Positions 33,198 to 43,400 of a stretch of DNA of 64,000 nucleotides are shown piece after piece. The position numbers and the translations under genes were made by a program. This stretch comes from Mytilus edulis (taxonomy: Eukaryota). The notes under the pieces are model-generated. The model was not told the DNA's origin. It searched no databases and saw only the letters and a program-made list of their open reading frames with translations. The stretch lies in the NCBI RefSeq assembly GCF_963676685.1, contig NC_092354.1:77500001-77564000 (forward strand), in the 5' to 3' direction. Every line of letters starts with the position of its first letter. Within the stretch, counting starts at the first letter, position 1.

Positions 33198-34446
33198 CTA
33201 ATCAGATTCAGTATGCATATCGGCTAATATTTCAAACCGGGACCCATTTTGAGAACTAGAACTAGCTTTCGGACTACTAATCTTGGAAGGAATTCTGGAC
33301 TTGGTTGCCTTCTTCTTGATTGCCTTCTTCTTGGTATCTAAATATCCTGGAGCTGACTGAGCACCTGTTGTCGAATTATCTGACTTTGAGTGTTTTTTGT
33401 AGACCTACTCGATTTCATATGACTGTTTATGCGTATGGTTTGGTTTATTTGTTCATCTGTATTCACAATTAAATTCCCATCTATATACAATTTATCCCTT
33501 GTAAGAAATGCTGATTTTCCTTTAAGTTTTGCTTTTTTATACATTGGAATCAAAGTTTTACGCTTTTCATGCACAGACTTGGGAAAATGTTCTGAGATTG
33601 AAATGTTTGTATCCTTTAACTTAGGAGAATTTTTTCGTACGTTATCTCTCTGTTGACGTAGCATGAATTTAGCAACGATTGGTCGTGACTTGGTAGTTTG
33701 AGTGTTATCAGAATTTGTTTTACCAATACCTTTTTTCCCATCCTATAAGCAGCAGAAATTTCAACTGGTTCAGAAATAGACAAACTTGTTGAACAAATAT
33801 TTTTAATAATATCAACACATTCTTCACCTTCCCCCTCCTCAACACCAAAAAACAGTAAATTGTCCCTTAAATTTTCACAACGAAGGGTTTCAAGTTGGTC
33901 TGAAATTTCCTTGTTTATAGATCTAAGCTCGACCATTTCAGTAGCAATACTTTCAACATCGGATTTATTTTTCTCAAAACTCTGAGAAATAAATTGCTGA
34001 CTTCCCTCCATGTCACCCACACGCCGAACGAGACAGTCGACATCAGATTTCATTTGCGACAATTTGGAGTCAATGCTATTCACAGAAGATTTTATATCAT
34101 CTACCGAGTTCATTTTTGTGCCTAGGTCGTCTACCTTTTTAATAAGGTCGGTCATCCACGGTGGCGGGCTTGAATATGAATATGACGACGGAGGAGGGGG
34201 GAACATGTTTATACCAGGTGATGTAGACTGCTGAAATTGATAATGGTGAGGTTGCTGTGATACCACACTGAATGGGTTAGGGATTTGCGAAGGTAATGTT
34301 GCTGAAAAATTACACGACCCAGAATTTGAACTTGTTGTTTGGGACATACTCAAAATGACGGACGAATCCAACGCACCTTTGGAACTTTTACTTTGTACTC
34401 GTTTCCTTTTTGCTGGAGGTTTAGTTGGTCTAGTTTTTTGTTCCAT
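33198..34446 (-). pseudogene. LINE ORF1, interrupted by two -1 frameshifts in A-runs
   Basis: ORFs 33616-34446 and 33338-33664 join at atgGGAAAAAAG (about 33735). A second shift at acAAAAAAC (about 33395) restores a C-terminus ...NGSRFEILADMHTESD*. Confidence 0.75.
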
Positions 34447-34881
34447 CCGTACTCAATATAACAATACACTTAAAAGTTCAGAAGTGATACTCATATTTCC
34501 ATCACTTGTAAGTCAACACAACCCAAAATACTCAGGTGGACAAACAGCACGTCCATACAGCCCAGGGGACGTAACTCTAATTCAATAATTTTATATAAAA
34601 TGGTTTACAGAGTAGAACTTACATACATTAACTAATAAACTATATGAAATAAAAGAAACTGCATTTTTCTATTACAATAATCGCTCTCCCTTTGAAAAAG
34701 AGATTGTTCCACCAATCTAAGTATATGAATAGACAATAACACGCAATAAATAAAACAATATTTTTTTCCTTTGTTTAATTATTATTATTTTTTTTTTCTT
34801 TTTGAAACTTCATGTTAAATGTTTGTGTTATTTTTATATTTTATGTTTAAATCTTTTTTTTTAAATGAATTGATGTTTATG

Positions 34882-35250
34882 GTGTTGTTTTATAATTTTA
34901 CATCACTGGGTCGATACCTCTGCTGGTGGACTATCAGTCCCCGAGGGTATCATCAGCTCAGTAGTCAGTGCTTCGGTACTGACATGATTAAACAAACTTT
35001 ACTAAAATTGTCCGTTTATAAATTTTGAAATTATTATGAAACTAAGGTTTCAACTCCCTCAGGTAAAGTTGGCTTTAGATGAATTTGGCTATTTATTTTA
35101 GGTATTTTTAACATATAGCTCTTCAACGATTTTCGGTACTTATACATTTTCGGAATTCAAATGTTTGGCTTTGAGCGTTCCTGATGAAGGTAAATCCAGA
35201 AAAGCGCTTCGGACGCAATAAATTATTAAACGTGTTGTTTTATATTTTTA
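34882..35250 (+). mobile_element. Retrozyme-like / Penelope pLTR-like 350-nt unit
   Basis: Bounded by a near-direct repeat gtgttgttttata.tttta at 34882 and 35232 (350-nt period). Contains a structured 5' domain with a C(UUCG)G hairpin and a hammerhead motif near the 3' end. Confidence 0.7.
35175..35216 (+). ncRNA. Minimal type I hammerhead ribozyme
   Basis: Stem I GCGUUC/GGACGC; core CUGAUGA; short stem II A-GG-UAAAU-CC-A; GAAA; palindromic stem III A-AGCGCU-U; cleavage triplet UUC (after 35210). Confidence 0.75.
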
Positions 35251-35848
35251 TGATGTTTCAATGCTTTGGTATTAATTTTAAATCGTTGTTCTTGATAGAA
35301 ATTGTGTACAATTTTATGTTTACTATAATATTAATTTGAAAATGGATTTATAACTTTTAATTATTAATGTAAGTAAATAATCAATATCCATATTTAAACC
35401 TCAAAACAATATAGAAAACAAGCAATTAAATGATGAAAAATCAATGGATATATAAACGTATAACTTTAGTTTTTCAAATTGATTTTAAGCGATAAAAACA
35501 ACTTGAACTTATAATATTTTTCTCTTTTTTTTTCATTGTTTAGACTTCCTTAAATCATACTAATTAATTGGTGTTTTATTCTTTAAATTGTTGTTTTTAT
35601 TTAATTGATGTTATGATGATAAAATATCATTAAGTCTTAATTATAAATCGTTGTTCTTTAAAGTTTGTTACCCACATGCTTACAAATGAACGTTAATTTT
35701 TACAGTTGATGAAAATTAAAAGAAATATATGCAAAGTGTTTAAACAAAATGTTACAAAAATAAATGAAATATGAAAAACTTGAATAAATCTTAAACAGAA
35801 TTTGATTTTGCTTATTTCAGTCTCTAAGTTACTGTTTTATCATTTTGA

Positions 35849-36030
35849 TTGCGTTCCTGCTCCTGAGGTAACCCATTGTCAATTGTTTGTGGTGTCCCTG
35901 CTCCTGTGGTGACCCATGCGTATATTTTTAATGGCGTTCCTGCTCCTGAGGTAACCCATTCTGTCAATTATTTGTGGCGTCCCTGCTCTTGAGGTGACCC
36001 ATTATCTATCATTTTTGGCGTCCCTGCTAT
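35849..36030. repeat. ~42-bp degenerate tandem repeat, 4.5 copies, alternating A/B variants
   Basis: Conserved gcgtyccTGCTCCTGAGGTRACCCAT plus a 15-17-bp AT-rich variable part. Confidence 0.85.
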
Positions 36031-36477
36031 TCAGTTAGCCTGAGCAATATGCTTGCCTTTATATGTATATTTTAAATTATTATAACTTTATACCGGCATC
36101 CAACAGTAAACGGCAACAAGAATTTGACTATGTAATAGGTAACTTAACCTTAATGAAGTTGAACCTAATCTTAAAGACGACACACTTGCTGTATATTTGT
36201 TTTGATATTTATTTATTGGTTTGTTAATAAAATAGGCCATTATTTGTCTTGATAGAATTTACTGCTGTGACCTTTCTGCCTTTTAAACTCGGCTTGACAT
36301 GTGGTTCCATTTTGATCATTATTAAAGGCCGTACGATGACCTATGGTTGATAACTTCTTCGTTATGTGGTGACTGGTGACCGTGTGTATCTGTCTAATTG
36401 GCAATCAAAACACTTCTGCGCAGTTTTAAATGTACCATTTAAGTTGTACACTCAATTCATACAAGCTAACACATATA

Positions 36478-38004
36478 TACTGAGTGCCATTGAAAACGCA
36501 ACACTTGTAAATTTCAAATATTTTAAAATATATAATTAATTTTTTTTAAATGATTACCTATATCGGTTAGAAAATGAATCGTCAGACTTCTTTCGACAAC
36601 TTTACGCTTGAATGATTTTAGAAAAAAGTTACGTGCTTGGTTACAAAAAAGGGGGATGAGTCGAGTGCACCGCTATTTAACGCACGAGTGATTTTCTCAT
36701 TGTGTGTTTTGGAAAGCCTCGCTTAAGAATTGAACTTTCCCATCCTTTTTTGTTAGCCACTGCAATAAACTAAGCCGTAGATGCCAAGACTTTTAGACAA
36801 CCAGAGACATGAAGTTTGGGGCATGGTGCAAGGAGGCATTTCAAGTCGTGAAATTGCACGCAGAATGCATTGTTCAGCCTCAACAATTACCAGACTTATC
36901 CAAAGATTCAACCAAACTGGGTCTTTGAATGATAGACCACGTCCCGGCAGACAGAGAGCAACTACTGCCCAACAGGACCGATACATTCGTCTTCAGCATC
37001 TGCGAGATCGGTTCCGTACGGCTGTCCAAACACAACGGGAGACTGTCGGCGTCCATAGGAGACAAATTGGAGCAAACACGGTAAGACGCCGTTTGCGCAG
37101 CAGTGGATTGAGGGCACGGAGGCCTTTCCGTTGTCACATGCTGACAGCAGTACGACGCCAAAATCGCTTAAGATGGACACAACAGCGTCAGAGATGGTCA
37201 CACTGGCAATGGACAACTGTCTTATGGACGGACGAATCAAGATTTCATCTTCGCCGTAGTGATGGACGAACTCGTGTGTGGAGACGAAGAGGAGAACGCT
37301 ATGCAAATTCGTGTATCCAAGAGACAGATCGTTGGGGTGGTGGTAGTGTCATGGTATGGGGAGGAATATCATTCAACCATAAAACTCCTCTCATCACTAT
37401 CAATGGCAATTTAAACGCTCAACGCTACATTGATGAAGTTTTACGACCGACCGTTATACCGTTTATGGCTGGACATCAAGATGTTAATCTTTTTCAGCAA
37501 GATAACGCTCGTGCACACTCAGCACGACTCACAGCTGCGTTTATCAACAACAACCATGTTCAGACATTACCATGGCCAGCCTTTTCGCCGGATTTGAGTC
37601 CAATTGAACACTTATGGGATCAAATTGGACAAGCCGTAAGACGACGACAGCCACCACAAGTTACGCTGCGTCAACTCGAAATTGCATTGCGAGAAGAATG
37701 GACAAACATTCCACAACATCGTATCCGACGTCTGGTCAGGTCAATGCCATGCACGTCGTTGTAGAGCTTGTGTTGCAGCACGCGGTGGACACATTCGTTA
37801 TTGAGACTGTGAGTTAGAGAATTGTAGCGTTGTGTTGAATTCATGTATTGCATTCGAATCGTGGTAATTGAACATTTTTGGTTGACTTTTATCTTTAGAT
37901 AAACCCTTTAACTGTCTTTAACAATTACTGTACACAAAATATTATTTTTTATAAAAATGTTATTTCTAAAAAACTTAGTGTTGCGTTTTCATTGGCACTC
38001 AGTA
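36478..38004 (+). mobile_element. Tc1/mariner DNA transposon, full length
   Basis: ~28-bp TIRs TACTGAGTGCCAWTGAAAACGCAACACT (1 mismatch), TA TSD, internal transposase. Confidence 0.95.
36781..37764 (+). CDS. Tc1-family DD34E transposase, C-terminus truncated by a 4-bp insertion
   Basis: HTH, RPGR AT-hook-like motif, WTDES, MVWGGI, QQDNAR-(34 aa)-SPDLSPIEHLW. The native end RRCRACVAARGGHIRY* lies in another frame ending at 37804. Confidence 0.93.
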   Translation: MPRLLDNQRHEVWGMVQGGISSREIARRMHCSASTITRLIQRFNQTGSLNDRPRPGRQRATTAQQDRYIRLQHLRDRFRTAVQTQRETVGVHRRQIGANTVRRRLRSSGLRARRPFRCHMLTAVRRQNRLRWTQQRQRWSHWQWTTVLWTDESRFHLRRSDGRTRVWRRRGERYANSCIQETDRWGGGSVMVWGGISFNHKTPLITINGNLNAQRYIDEVLRPTVIPFMAGHQDVNLFQQDNARAHSARLTAAFINNNHVQTLPWPAFSPDLSPIEHLWDQIGQAVRRRQPPQVTLRQLEIALREEWTNIPQHRIRRLVRSMPCTSL

Positions 38005-40274
38005 TATATTAAAATACATGAATGTGTATTTTTATTGAATCTTAACTGTTCTGTAATTAGAATTACGCCATATTCACATTTTGTCCCAGTTTAGAAAAAA
38101 ATGTAAGGCATCTTTAGTATTAATTGTTGTTTACGTAAATGGATATTTATAATTGGTATGATATTTTGATTTAGATCAGGTAAAGTTGATTCAGATTAAT
38201 ATTTTTATGTAATTTAAAACATGTCAGTTGATTCGTTTGTCGAATGTTTTATAGGTATGAGTACATGTATAACGTTATATTTTATCTATGTAATTTTGCA
38301 CGCAAATATTGTGTATAAATGTTTGTTATTAATTCTATTGTTCTACCAACTTTTGTGAACTTCACATCTGTGACACCCCCTGAGGATGGCCCCGTCAAAC
38401 ATTTCGAACTGTATCATTATTTGCCTGGGTAAAACAAAATGTGCTAAGCCATTCTTTTATGAAAATATAATGGGGGATTTTTTTAATTCTATTTAAATTT
38501 TGTAACCTTGAGTGTATGATGATTACCAAAATATGTGTTACCTGAGTAGCTACCATATTATAAAGTGTTGATAATTATAGCGTACTGTATAAGGAAATAT
38601 GAAGATACTTTAAATAAACGTGTTTTTGTTTGTTTTGGCCTATAACGTAGTGTAGTCAAAAAATGATCATCGTAATATCAATCAATAAACAATCTTAACT
38701 CACTATTTTTACCATCTTTTAAACGTTTATTTAATTTATAACACAAATTATGCAATATACATATAGATCATATATAAAATATCTTATCAGTTTATTGCGT
38801 TGTTTGATTAGGTTAAGAGAGATAGTGTTTTGTACAGTAGTTCGAGTTGCTCATCAACAAACAATTTCCTAAAATAAGAAAAAGTAAAATCACAAAAATA
38901 CTGAAAACTCCGAGGAAAATTCAAAACTGAAAGTCCCTAATCAAATAGCAAAATCAAATGACAAAACACACCTGTACCACAAAATTATGTCAGCTGAATG
39001 TATAACTTATAATAAATGTATTTATTTTTGTAATAAATGACATGATTTTGTACAATTGTTACATCTTCCAAGGTGACATTAAGATTGATTGGTCATTGAA
39101 TACTAGCACATCTGTGTTTTTGTGAAACTATGATAAATGTAATAGTATACATTTTATTTTAAATATTTTGTACATTTTTCTGCCTTTTAAAGCTTGCAAT
39201 GGTACGATTTTTGATCATTGTTTAAGGCCATATGATGACCTATGGTCGGTGAATTCTAGGCTATTTGTTGTCTGGTGGGTATTTGTATAATTGGAAATCA
39301 AAACATTTTTATATGTACCATTTTATTTTAAATATGTACAGTAAATGTACAGACACGATAAACTGAATTGTTGATTTCTGAGAAATGTTTTTTACAAATC
39401 AATCAACTAAAAATGTCAATAACAGTAACTTTACACTAGCCAATGATCTAACGTCTGCGTGCATGTAGGTATATACTGATAATATGTTATAGGTCGCTTT
39501 ACATCAGACAAAGACAAATAGACATTCAAAATTTATGTTTTACTTGAAGGTATACCAATAGTATGTGTAACTTGACATCGGGTTGTGAATAAAACAAACA
39601 AAAGTGGTCTCACGAAGATAATGCATATATTGTTTTTGTCTTATTATTATCATTTTTCGATTTGGCAAAAACCCAAGATTAAGTATTAAATGCAATATCG
39701 TTCTCTTTCTCTAGAATATAAGGTTTGTCTTATATAAACAACACGGCGGGTGCCACATGAAGAGCGGTTTTTCTTATATATCCAGACCGCATGTGGTCAA
39801 CATCGGTTTTTGAACTGGTTCGTTTTGCTCAGTGTTTAGTTTTTTGTATTATGTTTTGTAAACTGTTGTTGTCTTTAATAGAGTGTCCAGAATGATATCC
39901 AGTTGGAAATGCCTCTACCAAGTCAGGAATATGACAGTTGTCCATTCGTTTGATTTGTTAAGCTTTTGATTTTGGGTTTTCAGTAGGGACTTTTCGTTTT
40001 AAATTTTCCTCGGAGTATATTATGTGTGTGGTTTTACTTTTCCAAATGTACATCAGACGAAAAAGGATAACAAATAATAAAATTGTTTTTAAGAAACAAT
40101 TGGTATTCAAATAATATATTTTCAAAATTATTTGTAATAGTTCTGGTTTTGGATGATTTCAGTATTATCAAACAAAAACGAAAGTAAAAAATGTACATAA
40201 ACTAAGAACTTTAATATAAAAGTAATAAACAACATACAGTCGATTGTAAAATTGGAAAGGAGAAACATATTTTA

Positions 40275-40410
40275 TTAATCCTTGAGCAAAAATATATATA
40301 GAAAAACTGAACACAATATAACTGTTGTAAAAGACATCTGTATCAGCTGAGCGGACGATGTTATTGGAGAAAACTGGACAACTCGACTGGTTCGTTTGCC
40401 ATCTGCAGAT
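40275..40410 (-). CDS. Hexosaminidase exon G (stop; hydrophobic tail)
   Basis: SADGKRTSRVVQFSPITSSAQLIQMSFTTVILCSVFLYIFLLKD*; acceptor TTAACAG. Confidence 0.85.
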
Positions 40411-43400
40411 CTGTTAAAAAAACAATGAGGTTAATTTACTTAATAGGTTAATACACTACAATATATGGTAGTAAGGCATTCACCCCCCCTCCAAGTCAGT
40501 AATATCAAAACGTTGGATGTTTCAAGGCTTTACACATTGATTACCCTAGATGCGGAACTGTTAGTTTCTTATGTTATATATTGCCTATTTGCGGACCATA
40601 TATCTATGGTATGCAGATAGTAAAAAAATAACATAAGGACCTAAGAGCTACGGTTCCGCAGCTACGATTACACATGCTAAATTTAAAGATGGAGTACTTT
40701 TTCTCATAATGATGAACTGTTACTTATTTAACCACATTTCCTTTATATATGGACTATTTTCAAAAACAATCTAAGACACAAGCGATGATTGCACCTTTCT
40801 ATTTGTCAACTTTCAATTTCTCAACATTTACAAACCGTGTGCCCATCGTTTGATGTTTTGTTTTAAAGTAATCCTTTTTAAAAAAAATTATGAAAGCCAA
40901 AACAAGTAAGTTGACTTTTATGAAATATATGTTGCACAAATGACGTCGGAAATGTTTCAATTTTCCATACCAAAATCCCGTCCTCTTTTCTATGAATGTT
41001 ACTTACTTAAAAAGACTAATCCCTGGTTTTAAACTTACATTCAGAAAACGATCTACTTTCACTTCTGAAGCATCTGAAGCACATCTAGGTTTTTATGGAG
41101 TTGCTTTGTCTTTAAATCTTATGATATATTTTTTAGACTTGTGTCTGTCTGCTAGTTTTTCGTTTTGTGTCATGGTAGTGCCTGTTCGTTTTTTCTTCTC
41201 TAATAAAGAATAGCAATAACTGATACATATATAATATATATATGAATAATACCTACTTTGTTCTTAGGTACACAGGTGATCCAGTGTATGGTATCGTTCC
41301 ACTCTTCCACGTCTGAGAGTCGGTGCTGTACTCTACACTCAGTCCTGGGAAAGCTGTGTTAGGTTTGATCTCGTCACCGTCAAGACTACAAACAAATTAG
41401 TGACCGAATTAGACTATTTACCGGATTTGTTATCACATAAGCAACACGACGGGTGCCGCATGTGGAGCAGGATCTGCTTACCCTTCCGGAGCACCTGAGA
41501 TCACCCCTAGTTTTTTGGTGGGGTTCGTGTTGTTTATTCTTTAGTTTTCTATGTTGTGTCGTGTGTGCTGTTGTTTGTTTGTCTTTTTCATTTTTAGCCA
41601 TGGCGTTGTCAGTTTGTTTTAGATTTATGAGTTTGACTGTCCCTTTGGTATCTTTCGTCCCTCTTTTAGATTACATGATATTTTATTTCTGTATTACACT
41701 ACTAACGGTTATGCACTCTTGTCTGTCAGTCAATTTTGTTTATTCAAACATTTTGTAAACTGACCTTTTACATGTTGACCTTTTTATGAATGTTTTGTTC
41801 TACTAGAGAACCATGTTATGTACACATAATGAAGTATATCCATACTTTTTTCTTCAACAAAAACATATAAATGGATAACAAATGATTCGTTACTTTATTC
41901 TTTTGAGTAAGCTACATGCCTGATTCATGGGAAAGGATTTGTTACTTTATTCTATTTTGTAAGCTACATATATTTCATCTGGGGAAGGTATTCTTTACTT
42001 TTTTACTTTATTCTATTCAGTAGCTATATGCCTTCCTCTTATGAAAGGGGTGATAAGTTTTCATCTATTTAGTAAGCTAAATAAATGCCTTCCCTGTTGG
42101 AAAGGAGTTCTTTACGTTATTCTTTAGAGCAAGTTGGGATTCTTTACTTTATGCTATTGAGTAAGCATTTACCTGTTTCTTTAGGAAAGGCTTTCTTTAC
42201 TTTAATATAGTGAGTAAGGTACTAATGGGGATCATCTTATAATGTGTATTCTATTATTTGAGTAAGCTGCATGTGTACATACCTCTCTCTTGGGGATGGA
42301 TTTTTTATTTAATTATTGTATATGAAAGCTCCCAAAGAACATTGAGAATGGAAACTTTCCATTATTCTATTATACATATTTTCCTCATGCATAGGAGTTT
42401 TGACTTTGTTGTATTATGTGTGATGGGGCTACATATCTTTCACCGGGGTATTATTTACTATTTTCTATACTTATTTTGAGAGAGATATACTTTCTTCCTA
42501 GGAGGAATAAACAAGTGTGTATGATTAAGCAAAATACATTTCCCCTGGAGGAGAGATTCTGTAATTTATTCCCATGGTCTTCTATAATAATTGAGAAGGA
42601 TATATACCTTCTTCCTTTGAAGGCTATACATATGTGTATGAATAAGCTACATACCTTCCCCCTGGAGGTGGAACTCTATAATTTATTCCCATGCTATCCA
42701 ATCGGTTCAACTCCTTCGTGCCTAATGTTGATGCAAAACTATCCCAATCATTGTTCATCTCCATGGTTCGTTTTGTTTTGGCAGCAACATTCTCCCAGGA
42801 TGCTTTGTGCCAGGCACGTTCTGCCAAGGCCAGTAATCTGGGAAATATCATATAATAAAAGTTGTCCTCACTTAATACCGTCTCCGACCAAAGATGACCT
42901 TGCATTCCTAATAATAAAAGATAATTTTAATTAAAGCTATTAACAGATATTTAAAAAAAAAATGAATACATTTATTTTGGCTAAAATGGATCCTAAAAAT
43001 GTACGGACATAAAGTCATCTGTTGCTAAGACACACGTTTCTGATATGCAAGATTTATCGTGTGTTGAGCGATTAAAAAACGTAATGATGTTTTACTATCA
43101 AGTAGAACTTTACAAGTAGTAAAACAAATTTTAAAACAAAAATTGATGGTAATGATTCTGATTTTTTTTTATATTGATCATTTGTACGTTTTGTATTTTA
43201 AATTGATTAACGAAAGACAAATATTTCATAACATTTTAACAATGTAAAAGAGATACACACCTGCGATGTTTTCTGGTTTTTGTAAAGCAGGACATTTCTT
43301 GTCATTTGCACCGCAAACTTCAGATTTACTGAGTGGAACACCCATTCGAGTTACATCTATGTTTTCATATAATTTATCAGGAAGGAATCTAAATGATTTG

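Larger units (their letters stand above)
29620..34582 (-). mobile_element. Near-full-length non-LTR retrotransposon (RTE-X-like LINE)
   Basis: ORF1 (coiled coil plus RRM-like NLLFFGVEE...RPIVAKF...DKLYIDG) and ORF2 (APE + RT + CCHC). 3' UTR hairpin GAGCA-TCATT-TGCTC, then AATAAA and a GAATTGAA tail. Clade assignment is by resemblance of the C-terminal motifs. Confidence 0.88.

Noticed and set aside
34510-34582. HDV-like ribozyme at the LINE 5' end
   Set aside because: Only one hairpin (ACGTCC/GGACGT) is evident; I could not build the nested double pseudoknot.
35849-36030. 26-bp conserved plus 15-17-bp variable pattern as a mini-CRISPR
   Set aside because: The variable parts are too short and related to each other (alternating A/B); an ordinary diverged minisatellite.
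36753-37306. Antisense ORFs overlapping the Tc1 transposase, and similar ones in the Gypsy and LINE ORFs
   Set aside because: Short shadows of the real reading frame with no recognisable motifs.
38370-38410. CTGAGGA-TGGC-CCC-GTCA-AAC as a hammerhead-like motif
   Set aside because: GAAA is absent and no stem I partner was found.
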